Source: Octopus sinensis
Taxonomy: Eukaryota
Assembly (NCBI RefSeq): GCF_006345805.1
Contig: NC_042998.1
Location: 198,090,001 to 198,154,000, forward strand
Reading direction: 5' to 3'
DNA length: 64,000 nt
The notes beneath the pieces are model-generated. The model saw only the letters and a program-made list of their open reading frames with translations, made no database searches and had not been told where the DNA came from. Both the position numbers and the translations under genes were made by a program. Positions 50,131 to 62,914 of this stretch are shown here, piece after piece. The stretch's first letter is position 1; each line of letters begins with the position of its first letter.

Positions 50131-53039
50131 GAGTTTATTGCATGTAATTATGCTTGCATATATTTTCTATTGTGATGCAGAAACACATCTAAGCTTAACT
50201 TTTTCCAGGGGTCTATACTATGTGAAGCTTATGAGATTGTGTTTATTGATAGTTTAATTTTGTGACTTAAAATACCACCATTATATTTTTCTATATTCTC
50301 TTGTGATTTTACACTGATATGCAACATACAAAACAGAAACAATTCTAACAGAACTGTTGTTTTATTCAGCAAGAACTCTTGAGTAGACAGCAATTTTTTG
50401 CGATGTTGCTAATTGTTTGCTGTTTATCGTTTAATGTCCGCTTTCCTTGCTAGCATGGGTTGGACGATTTTGACTGAGGGCTGGTGAACTAGATGGCTGC
50501 ACTAGGCTTCAATCTTGATCTGGCAGAGTTTCTACAGCTGGCTTCCTAACACCAACCACTCTGAGAGTGTAGTGGGTGCTTTTTACGAGTCACTGGTATG
50601 GGGGCCAGTCAGGCAGTACTGGCAATGACCTTGCTCAAATCTTTTACAGGTGCCAGTAAGGCGATGCTGGTAACGATCATGCTCGAATGGTGTCTTTTAC
50701 ATGCCATCAGCACAGAGGCCAGATAGCCGCACTGGCAACGATCACGCTCGGATGGTGCTCGATGGAAATATGTCTACTTGGTCTAATCCACGAAAATGAA
50801 ACAAAAAGCTGAGAAAAACATGTACTTGTCACTTCAATTCACCCATGAAGCACCATTCTTGAGATTTGTTGATAGCCAAAGAAAAAGGCATTGTTACTGA
50901 AAACTGAAGGTACTTGAACTGAAAATGCATAGCTTATGTGAGGAAGGGATGTGAGGAATGAAAACTTCTCTCTTAGCATAATCAGTCACATAGGTGGCTT
51001 CAATGGAAGATAAGAGTTTTGAAAGTTATTCCTGTGATGATTGCAAAGTTTTGGTGTTCAGGTTGAAATGATGTCAGTTGATGTCCGTGAGAAAAACATG
51101 AACAGTTTATGAGTCAATGGGGGAGCCCCTACATGGTCATTCAGCCATCAAGGAATAGTAGTTAGATTTGGTCCTAGATACTACAGTATACCTGAATAAA
51201 AGGTCAAGTGGTTACAACAAGAATGTCTTTGGTTACCAATCTGCTGCAACAGGAATAGGGACTTGTAGAGAATTCCAGAGTGAAGCAGGATTCAGGGAAG
51301 AAATGATTGGCTAAAGTGAAATACCTTTCCACTAAATAGCCAGAAAATTCCAGCCTCGTTAATTTAAACGAAATACATCATAATTTTCTAATGTGAGATA
51401 ACCAGTTTAATACACTGGAATTGACATTTTCTGTTTGCTATAAAGACTTCATTTGATAATTTGTTAATAACTTTATAGAATAATTACAAATGATATGTGT
51501 CGCAGTGAATGTGAGTGACACTTGTTGAAGGGGCAGTGACCCCAATTTAATGCAAGGTGAAGTAGATCCCCATGAAAACTATAATTGCTTTGATAGTGAC
51601 CCTTAGAGGTGAAGTTTATGGGAAAAGTGAACAACATTAAACCGCAAACAATGAGTTGATGTCAGAGAGAACGCTGAGTTAACAAATAAGTTGAAAGAAA
51701 CTATATTTCATGGTAGAACACCCAGTGCAATGGCGACCAACCAACACAAACACTTACAAATAGATAAATTGTGTTTGCAATATCAAACTAAGTTATACGG
51801 ATAGGAATCTGGTTCTATAGAAATCAGAATTCTTGAAATAACAAACTAATTACAACTGTTTCAGGCTTTGTTTGATAATTTCTGATGGTAATTCAATAAA
51901 GAAAACTAAATCAATGGAATCATGTTGCTGCCACTGGAATGGTAGATGAGACGGAGGTGGAGGAGGAAGAGGAAGAGAGATGGAGAAGGTGACGAAAGAA
52001 GAGACAGACTTCTAAGAAGGACTTAACCAAAATCAAAGCTAATCTAATGACCAATAGAATAACTGGTTTTTATATTATACAATCTAATTAGACAAGTGCT
52101 GATGATGTCCATGATGTTGTTGTTATTCTTGTGCATCTATTGTGGGAAGCAACATTCTGTAATAATGTGGGAGTTCTTTAGATTACTAAACAGTTTGGAT
52201 TTGTTAGTTTCACAGAAGGAACCAAAGCATTTTTTGTAAATGTTAAATATATTTTTTATTTATTCCTAAATCCAATAATTCTATAAAAACTAACTCACAA
52301 ACCAATAAGAGAATGTCCACACAGCAAACTAAACTGTTAGAAATAGCAGCTAAATCCTTTACATATCACACCCTGCTATCTTCAATAGGAAAAAGATACA
52401 CTGGATAATGTAAACCTTGATAGGAGGATTTACAACCGTGTTTCGTGGTCTGCTACCACAACAGCTCCTTTATAGGATCCAGTTAGCTCAAGACATCATC
52501 AGGAGGAACCACGTCTGGTTTCAGCCCCTACTCCTCTACTATTTTGACATAGCGTTCCCCCACCTTTCGGAGGTATTTTCAGCTCTGGTGTTGGGTGCAT
52601 GTCTTCTTTCTTCTATTCCCTGGCCTCTTCAATGTAGCGTCAACAAGTGTCAGCTGGCGACTGACTGACTTGTCAAATTAAAAATTTTTTCCCTTTAAAT
52701 ACCTGCCGCTAGGTGCGTAGTCTTAGCCCATGCATTCTTTATATTGAAAAAATAAAACAGAACTGTTACAGCTGGTATGTTTTTGATAAGTATTTTACTC
52801 AAAACCAGAGCTAAACAACAAAACTAATTCCAGTGAGCTGAAAATGGCAGCCAAATCTTTCTCAATTCAGTACAAGATCCACTTTGGTCATGAATGACCA
52901 TGGGATGCACCTAGGCAGTTCCCCTCCAAGGCACAAGTCTGAGCAAAGTTGTTTTATGGAAGACCAGCAATTGCCCATGCATACCAGCCTTTCCACTCCA
53001 TACCACTGATGTTATTATCCAAGGGAAAGGCAAAGACCA

Positions 53040-53280
53040 ATACCTATTTCTTTACTACCCACAAGGGGCTAAACACAGAGGGGACAAACAAGGACAGACA
53101 AACGGATTAAGTCGATTACATCGACCTCAGTGCGTAACTGGTACTTAATTTATCGACCCCGAAAGGATGAAAGGCAAAGTCGACCTTGGCGGAATTTGAA
53201 CTTAGAACGTAGCGGCAGACGAAATGCGGCTACGCATTTCGCCCGGCGTGCTAACAATTGTGCCAGCTCGCCGCCTTGGT
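53040..53280 (-). mobile_element. S2 SINE monomer inserted in an older CORE/MIR-like SINE (~52870-53435)
   Basis: Full head to tail. The flanks continue a TGAGCAAGACACTT/GCTCCAGT CORE-like sequence also seen at ~31065-31235. Confidence 0.8.
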
Positions 53281-54157
53281 GACATCACAACTCATTTCTA
53301 CAGCTGAGTTAACTGGAGCAACATGAAATAAAGTGTCTTGCTCAAGAACACAACACACAGCCTGGTCCAGGAATCGAACTCACTACCTCACACTTGTGAG
53401 CCTGACACTCTAACCACTGAGCCACGTGCCTTGATATTCAATTCCTAATACCTTCTTGAATAAAGAAGAACATGTTAGATTGATGTCCTAGATACACTAT
53501 ATCAGTAAATGGATGACATGGTCACAGATGGGACACCTTTGAGCATATGTTTAAGTGACCAGCTCTGCTGAACAAAAACATGAATTGATTTACATCTACA
53601 ACTTAGTAAAGCTGGCCTTAGACAAAAACATCATAAAGCATTAACTCATCACTTAAAAAAATGTTCACATCATCATCATCATCATCATCGTTTAATGTCC
53701 GCTTCCCATGCTAGCATGGGTTGGACGATTTTGACTGAGGGCTGGTGAACCAGACGGCCACAAAACCAGGCTCCAATCTTGATCTGGCAGGGTTTATACA
53801 GCTGGATGCCCTTCCTAATGCCAACCACTCCGAGAGTGTAGTGGGGTGCTTTTTACGTGCCACCAGCATGGGGGCCAGTTAGGCGGTACTGGCAATGACC
53901 TCGCTCGAATCTTTTTTACACATGCCACCGGCACAGGTGATCACGCTCGAATGGTGCCTTTTATATATTTCACAAAATATATAAATAAACAAATGAAATG
54001 CAAATAAAACACCAATAGATAAATAAATAAAACAGACTTAAGGGGCCCAGTCAGGACTGTTTGCTTAAGAAGTTTGTTTCACAACATAACCCCCAGGTTC
54101 AAGACTACTGAGCAGCATCCCGGGCAAGTGTCTTTGGGGTCAGAAACTGAAAGGAAT

Positions 54158-54378
54158 TCTCTCTCTCTCTCTCTCTCCCTATCTCTCTCCTCTATCTCTC
54201 TCTCCCTCTCTCTCTCTCTCCCTATCTCTCTCTCCTATCTCTCCACCCCCTCTCTCTCTCCCTATCTCTCTCTCCCTATCTCTCTCCCTCCTCTCTCTCT
54301 CCCTATCTCTCTCTCCCCTATATCTCTCCCTCTCTCTCCCTCTCTCTCCCTGTCTCTCTCCCCTATCTCCCTCTCTCT
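54158..54378. repeat. (CT)n-based microsatellite in a SINE linker
   Basis: Direct reading. Confidence 0.9.
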
Positions 54379-55159
54379 GCATGTTTGTGTCTACCCTTGT
54401 CTTGACATCATGGTGATAAACGAGCATCACTGTCACACAGGTAGTGTTGTTCCTTTCCACTCTTGCACAAAAACATGCCTGGTCATGGGGAAGCTTTATC
54501 TTGCTTCGAAACAGGTGAAAGTTGGTGACAGGAAGAGCATCCACTTGTGAAAATTTGCTTCAACAAATTCCATATGATTCAATTAAACATGGAAAAACAG
54601 ATATTAATGATGAAAACCTACATGGAAGCCCATCAGAAGAACTATTCTTATTCTTGGATGCCTTCCTCTGAGTTCATTCCACACATACACACACACACAT
54701 AGTACAGACATTGTCATGTGGTTCAGGAGGTAAGTTTGCTTCATAAACAGATGGTTAAAAAGTTCGTTTTGCAGTCATGTGGCTCCAGGTTCAATCCCTT
54801 TGCACAGAACCTTAAGCAAATGTTTTCTGCTGTAGCACTGGATTAATAAATACCTTGTGACTGGAATTTGATCGACAGGAACTGTGCAGAAGCATATATC
54901 GTGTGTGTGTGTATGTGCATGTTTAGATGGATGGGTAAGTGTGTGTATGTGTCAGTGTTTACATATACCAGAATAAACTGGTGTGTCAGGCTGCATTCTA
55001 TTAAATCAAAAAAGTAACTTAAAAGATTTGATAAAGATTGCTAAAGTAAATACCAAATGGAATTAAGTACAGGGATCAATATGATCAACTAAAACACTTG
55101 AAAGCACTGCCCTAGTATGGCCACAACCCAAAGATCAAAACCAAAGAAAGAATCAAATA

Positions 55160-55430
55160 CATATTCCAATTCTAGAGTTATCAATCCTGGAGGAGGAACT
55201 CCTCCTGGGACTCCTTCCACTGTTGTCTATCTCTGGTCAGTCATGGCCATGTAGGGCCCAGTTAGGAGTGAGGTCATCTTGCCATCTTGTCTATAGTCAG
55301 CCTTTTGATCTTGTCTGTTGTCTTGGTGTCCCTTCTGTCACCCTGATTATCCATCCATTGACCTTCGGTTGCACAATGTGGCCAGCCCATCCATATTTTT
55401 TGTCCTTGATAGTTTTTTAGCCTCGCGGCC
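55160..55430 (-). mobile_element. Degenerate RTE LINE 3' fragment
   Basis: GHIVQP.GQWIIRVTEGTPRQ..RWQDDL-like translation. Confidence 0.6.
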
Positions 55431-56109
55431 ATTGCCAGCCTCTCCTGCCCTCCGCGCTGGTGGCACACAAAAAGCACCAACCAATCATGGCCGTTTGCCA
55501 GCCTCGTCTGGCACCTGTGCTGGTGGTACGTAAAAAGCACCCACTACACTCATGGAGTGGTTGGCGTTAGGAAGGGCATCCAGCCGTAGAAACATTGCCA
55601 GATCAGACTGGGCCTGGTGCAGCCTTCTGGCTTCCCAGACCCCAGTTGAACCGTCTAACCCATGCCAGCATGGAAAGCGGACACTAAACGATGATGATGA
55701 AAGGAGAAAAAGGATTAAAAACCCAGGCAAATACTTTATAAGCATTCAGTAGGGCTCAAACTTGGGTAACTAAATTGTCCAGTGAAAGCCACTGTAATCC
55801 ACGTAGGCCATAAATCTACTTTCCACTGCCAATCCAATACATAAATCTGAAGTTCATACAATGAATAGATTCAGTACAAGGTCACAGAGTACAGAATGAA
55901 ATTATTCTTTATTTAATCAGTTTATGCATGTTTCGGTTAGTTTGGCAAATCACAAAATTCTGCAATGCAGTAATCATGCATATCAATTTATTCCATATTT
56001 GATTGACTGATATTCTACAGAGATAGAGAACTTAACACCATCCTATCCTTGTCAAAGCAAACCACACAGCCGGGAATAGAGAACGTTTTTAAAAGAAATA
56101 GATAGTAGT

Positions 56110-56335
56110 AAAACTGTAGGTAAATTTATATGGAACCACAAGGGAGGAATTTTAGGCATGATATTAAATGGTGTATAATAAGTAGTGCACTACCATATAA
56201 CAGAGGGAAAGTAAAATGCAAATTATGCCTTGAGGAAACACTACATATTCTTACATCCAAATCTAACATATTAAATGAAGGTAATGAATTAATGTTCAGA
56301 TGTACAAATATATTAAGAAGAACATTTAAAACCTT
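56110..56335 (+). mobile_element. Penelope-like element C-terminal fragment
   Basis: KFIWNHK / IKWCIISSALPYNRGKVKCKLCLEETLHIL..NILNEGNELMFRC resembles the IW..K / IKW / C.LCL.EK / LN.R.EL..C end of Penelope-like ORFs. Confidence 0.7.
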
Positions 56336-56784
56336 CCCATATGCATGAGTACTTTGCATGCATCAGTAAATTTACATGACTTGCTACTATTATTACACTA
56401 TACTAGATTTTTTACTACAGCTACATGGTCATTCAAACTATTCCATATAGTATGTGTCACATCTACTACTACTACTAATGATAATAATACTACTACTACT
56501 AGTTCCACATTTTACCACAAGGGCAGCAATTTTGGGGAAGGGGATGAGTTGATTACATCGACCCCCAGTGTTTAACCAGTACTTAATTTATTGACCCCAA
56601 AAGGATTAGAGTCAAAGTTGACTTTGATGAAACTTGAACTCAGCATAAAGACGGACGAAATGCTGCTAAGCATTTTGCCCAGCATGCTAACAATTCTGCC
56701 AGCTCGCCGCTTTACCACTACTACTACTACTTCCTACTACTATTAATGATGATGATGATGATAATAATAATAATAATAATAATT

Positions 56785-57185
56785 CTTTCACTTGTTTCAG
56801 TCATTTTGACTGCGCGGCCATGCTGGAACACCACCTTTTTAGTCAAGCAAATCGACCCCAGGACTTATTCTTTGTAAGCCTAGTACTTATTCTATCGGTC
56901 ACTTCTTGCCGAACTGCTAGGTTACGGGGACATTAACACATCAGCATCGGTTGTCAAGCTATGTTGGGGGGACAAACACAGACACACAAACATATACACA
57001 CACATACATATATACATACATACAATGGCCTTCTTTCAGTCTCTGTCCACCAAATCCACTCACAAGGCTTTGGTCCACCCGAGGCTATAGTAGAAGACAC
57101 TTGCCCAAGGTACCACGCAGTGGGTTTGAACCCAGAATCATGTGGTTGGTAAGCAAGCTACTTACCACACAGCCACTCCTGTGCC

Positions 57186-57190
<5 letters not shown>
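56785..57190 (-). mobile_element. S1 SINE
   Basis: Identity to other S1 copies. Confidence 0.8.
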
Positions 57191-57218
<28 letters not shown>

Positions 57219-57431
57219 GTGATCCTTTCTCCTTCAGGCACAAAGCCTGAAATTTTAGGATAGGGAGCTAGTTGATTACACTGACCCCAGTGCTGAACTG
57301 GTACTTATTTCATTGATCCCGAAAAGATGAAAGCCGACCTCGGCGGAATTTGAACTCAGAATGTAAAGACAGATGAAAAGCTACTACACATTTTATCCAG
57401 CATGCTAAAAAGATTCTTCCAGCTCACCACC

Positions 57432-57478
<47 letters not shown>

Positions 57479-57854
57479 CTAGTCTAGTATCCATGACACA
57501 ATAGATGTGTAACATACTACTACCATTACCAACACTACTACTATTACAATGAAGACTGCTACTACTATGACTACTACTGCTATGACTACTGCTACTACTA
57601 CTACTATTACAACTACTATCACCATCACCACGGCCACCAATACACTACATTTGAAGACCCATTCATTTTAAGTGAACTCCCGGGACTGAAATATCCCGCT
57701 ACCACCTCCCACCCCCCACACTCAACAAATCTTACAACAAAAGAAACTAGTATATTGGAATCTCAGAGAAATATTGGAATATTTGTGACTTATTTCAATA
57801 AGTTGACTATAATTACAACAGTAAATGTACTGACTTATTTCAACCCATCAACAT

Positions 57855-57966
57855 TCAAATATACATACATAAATACATACACATATATATATATATATAT
57901 ATATTATATTATATATAATATACATACATAAAACATAAACATACATACATACAGACATACATATAG

Positions 57967-58008
<42 letters not shown>

Positions 58009-58017
58009 AATACATAC

Positions 58018-58068
<51 letters not shown>

Positions 58069-58093
58069 AATACATACATACATACATAAATAC

Positions 58094-58135
<42 letters not shown>

Positions 58136-58158
58136 AATACATACTACATAATACATAC

Positions 58159-58216
<58 letters not shown>

Positions 58217-58316
58217 GTATATATATATTATATATATATATATATACATACATATATATATATATACATACATACATATATATATATACATACATATATA
58301 TAATATACATACATAT

Positions 58317-58355
<39 letters not shown>

Positions 58356-58469
58356 ACATACATATATATACAACATACATACATATACATACATACATAC
58401 ATTATATATATTATATATATAATAATATATATATAATACATAAATACATACATACATATATATATATAA

Positions 58470-58528
<59 letters not shown>

Positions 58529-58942
58529 CATAAATACATACATACATATATATATATACATACATTATATATATATATACATCCATATATATATATACAT
58601 ACATATATATATATATACATACATACATACATATATATATACATACATACATACATATATACATACATACATACACATATATATACATACATACATATAT
58701 ATATATACATACATACATACATATATATATACATACATACATACATATATACATACATACATACACATATATATACATACATACATATATATATATACAT
58801 ACATACATACATACATATATACATACATACATATATATATACATACATACATACATATATATATACATACATATATATATACATACATACATATATATAT
58901 ACATACATACATATATATATACATACATACATATATATATAC

Positions 58943-59012
<70 letters not shown>

Positions 59013-59086
59013 ATACATGCATACATACATACATACATACATATATATATAAATATATACATACATACATATATATATATAAATAT

Positions 59087-59133
<47 letters not shown>

Positions 59134-59200
59134 CATGAATATATATATATACATACACATGCACACACACACAACACACGCACACACGCGCACACACACA
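57855..59200. repeat. (TA)/(TACA) compound microsatellite, ~1.35 kb
   Basis: Direct reading. Confidence 0.97.
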
Positions 59201-59562
59201 CATTATAATGCGGTTAGTGCTGAGATGCTGAAGAATTGTTTGAGAAAGTTTCCAAAAATAGCTTTTCATTTTGATATTCTTGATTAAAGAATAGATTTCA
59301 ATCCACCAAATGACTCGTTTTAATGGCATATGGCTGTAAGAGCTTTGCTGGAAGAGAACAGTGCTAAATATGGAACACTTCGTTATAGAATCCTGTGATT
59401 TGAAGAGTTGTGATGGCTAGTATATAAAGAGAAGTCAAACATTGGCAGTGGTAGTGGCGCTGCTAATGGTGTGTTGAGTAGCTTCCAAGTCAGTTCTTGT
59501 TATTGTTGTTCTGTAGCTCAGATCAACTCTGAATTTGGCAGTAGTAGTACAGATGCCAGACT

Positions 59563-59985
59563 AGACTGTCGGAGGGAGGTGATTCTTTGTCTCCAAGAAT
59601 TTGGTGCGACACCAGTGCAGAATCACCTCCCTCCGACAAGTCATCCTAACGAGACGTCTGCGTTGGCTGGGTCATGCCTTCTGTCGTCCGTCGTCAACCA
59701 GGAGAATTCATCTATGAAGCAATTGCCCCAGCTCCCCTTCAGGGTTGCTGAAAGCGATGTGGTGGACAACGAAAAACGTGGCTGATGACAGTCAAGGCTG
59801 ATCTGGAACCCAACCTAGGCCCCCGTACCTACGGCGTTCGCCACTGGAATAAGGAGTGGTCGGAGAGCACGCGGTCGTTAGCCTCAAATCGCCAGGCCTG
59901 GTCGGCGTTTGTGAGAGATGCAGCATTCAGGATGGATGAAGCCAGCTCAACCCACCCTGGGTGATTGCTGTGTCAAGTCAAGTAG
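59563..59985 (+). mobile_element. RTE LINE 3' fragment with fold-back 5' junction
   Basis: Same family as 27715-28270; RRLRWLGH motif. Confidence 0.8.
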
Positions 59986-60206
59986 ACTGAGCAGATGTGT
60001 GACACAGTGACATGAAAGGTGTCCTCAATGCCTGGTTCTTGAGGAGATACATTTTAGGATCCTGCATGAATTAAAAACTGGTACGAAAAAAAATATAAAC
60101 AGAGAAAATTTTATACCCTTTCATCTATGCACACTCAGGATGAAGAGGGAGTTTAATGAATCAGGTGTAACCCACAGAGTTATTGTTTCAGATATACCTT
60201 CTATTA

Positions 60207-60575
60207 ACCTATTTCTTTACTACCCACAAGGGGCTAAACACAGACCCCGAAAGGATGAAAGGCAAAGTCGACCTCGGCGGAATTTGAACTCAGAACATAG
60301 CGGCAGATGAAATACCTATTTTTTTACAACCCACAAGAGGCTAAACACAGAGAGGACAAACAAGGACAGACAAATGAATTAAGTCGATTATATCGACCCC
60401 AGTGTATAACTGGTACTTATTTAATCAACCCCGCAAGGTTGAAAGGCAAAGTCGACCTCGGCGGAATTTGAACTCAGAAGGTAACGTCAGACGAAATACC
60501 TATTTCTATTTCTTTACTAACCACAAGGGGCTAAACACAGAAGGGACCAACAAGGACAGACAAATGGATTAAGTA
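60207..60575 (-). mobile_element. S2 SINE multimer, internally deleted and truncated
   Basis: Junctions at ~60311 and ~60497. Other S2 copies at ~2085-2275, 8915-9015, 17335-17570. Sister subfamily with an (ATT)n tail at ~11100-11300(+), 56510-56712(-), 57225-57435(-). Confidence 0.8.
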
Positions 60576-61403
60576 ATAGAAACAGAGAGAGAGAGAGAGA
60601 TTACAGTTTATTTCTTGAACATAATCAGCATAAGCACTTTCCCTCTCCTCATAATAAAATGAGAAATATGCTCACACACAAAGAGAGGTGGGGAGAGAAT
60701 AAGAGATACATTAAGACATCTAATAAGTCAGTTTCAAATCAGTGACACCAAAAACAGCTATTCTAAAGAATCTCATATGAACTGTACACACACACTTACA
60801 TAAGGTGACAGTGACACTGGTTGTGTTTTGCTCTCCACAGTCTAGTCTATTTCTGTATATGAAGACAGAGCCAAGGGTAGTTTTGGTGTGTGAGGAGACT
60901 TATGGCAAGCAGGTAGTCTAAACAATTAAGCACCAATCCCAGATATATTATTTGAGATAAATCTTACCACCACTGAGAATCATAATGCACACTACAGCAT
61001 GCATTGGTGTATGCGTGTGTGTGGACACACGCATATAAACACACACAGGCATCCTTGCATGTACACCTACACAATTTTCCAATTTGCACACAAAGTAGTC
61101 AATTTCTGTTTGATATAAGGCAAATTAACATGTATTATTAAAGATACTGAAAATTTTGGGCGTGGTAGAGAGGCAAAGAGAGAGAAAGGTAAAAAGAGAA
61201 AACAGATCAGAGAGTGAGCGAAAGAGAACGAAAGAAGAGCAAAAATATGGAGAGAGAGAAAGAGAGAGGAGAGAACCATGAAAAGATAGGGGGAGAGAGT
61301 AAAAGGAGAAGAGCAATAAAATAGAGAGAAGAAATAGTGAAGAAAGAGCAAAATAATAGAGAAATGCTCTTGGCAAAAGAAAAATTGTTTCTTTTGTTAA
61401 CAA

Positions 61404-62790
61404 GGTGCAGGAGTGGCTGTGTGGTAAGTAGCTTGCTAACCAACCACATGGTTCCGGGTTCAGTCCCACTGCGTGGCATCTTGGGCAAGTGTCTTCTGCT
61501 ATAGCCCCGGGCCGACCAATGCCTTGTGAGTGGATTTGGTAGACGGAAACTGAAAGAAGCCCATCATAGGCGCAGGAGTGGCTGTGTGGTAAGTAGCTTG
61601 CTAACCAACCACATGGTTCTGGGTTCAGTCCCACTGCGTGGCATCTTGGGCAAGTGTCTTCTGCTATAGCCTCGGCCGACCAAAGCCTTGTGAGTGGATT
61701 GGTAGACGGAAACTGAAAGAAGCCATCATAGGCGCAGGAGTGGCTGTGTGGTAAGTAGCTTGCTAACCAACCACATGGTTCTGGGTTCAGTCCCACTGCA
61801 TGGCATCTTGGGCAAGTGTCTTCTGCTATAGCCTCGGCCGACCAAAGCCTGTGAGTGGATTTGGTAGACGGAAACTGGAAGAAGCCCATCATAGGCGCAG
61901 GAGTGGCTGTGTGGTAAGTAGCTTGCTAACCAACCACATGGTTCTGGGTTCAGTCCCACTGCGTGGCATCTTGGGCAAGTGTCTTCTGCTATAGCCCCGG
62001 GCCGACCAATGACGTGAGTGGATTTGGTAGACGGAAACTGAAAGAAGCCCATCATAGGCGCAGGAGTGGCTGTGTGGTAAGTAGCTTGCTAACCAACCAC
62101 ATGGTTCTGGGTTCAGTCCCACTGCGTGGCATCTTGGGCAAGTGTCTTCTGCTATAGCCTCGGGCCGACCAAAGCCTTGTGAGTGGATTTGGTAGACGGA
62201 AACTGAAAGAAGCCCATCATAGGCGCAGGAGTGGCTGTGTGGTAAGTAGCTTGCTAACCAACCACATGGTTCCGGGTTCAGTCCCACTGCGTGGCATCTT
62301 GGGCAAGTGTCTTCTGCTATAGCCCCGGGCCGACCAATGCCTTGTGAGTGGATTTGGTAGACGGAAACTGAAAGAAGCCCATCATAGGCGCAGGAGTGGC
62401 TGTGTGGTAAGTAGCTTGCTAACCAACCACATGGTTCTGGGTTCAGTCCCACTGCGTGGCATCTTGGGCAAGTGTCTTCTGCTATAGCCTCGGGCCGACC
62501 AAAGCCTTGTGAGTGGATTTGGTAGACGGAAACTGGAAGAAGCCTGTCGTATATATGTATGTGTGTGTATATGTCTGTGTGTCTGTGTTTGTCCCTCTAG
62601 CATTAGCATTGCTTGACAACCGATGCTGGTGTGTTTACGTCCCTGTCACTTAGCGGTTCGGCAACAGAGACCGATAGAATAAGTACTGGGCTTACAAAGA
62701 ATAAGTCCCGGGGTCGATTTGCTCGACTAAAGGCAGTGCTCCAGCATGGCCACACAAATGACTGAAACAAGTAAAGAGTAAAAGAGTAAC
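61404..62790 (+). repeat. Tandem array of seven 162-165-bp S1 SINE heads, the last continuing into a complete S1 body and tail
   Basis: Unit starts at 61404, 61569, 61731, 61894, 62057, 62222, 62387. Every junction is GAAGC(C)CATCATA|GGCGCAGG. Confidence 0.95.
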
Positions 62791-62914
62791 CACCTTAATT
62801 TTGTTGGAAAATAAATTGTTGGTGATGGTCCCCCATAGTGAAATAGTTCTGGTCCCAGAATAATGACACACAGACAAACAGTTACATAGTTACCTATATA
62901 TATAGCTATGGTGC

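Noticed and set aside
61125-62609. Repetitive ORFs (AEDTCPRCHAVGLNPEPCGW...) and CRISPR-like appearance of the array
   Set aside because: Antisense translation of SINE heads; the units are contiguous with no unique spacers, and the context is eukaryotic with no cas genes.
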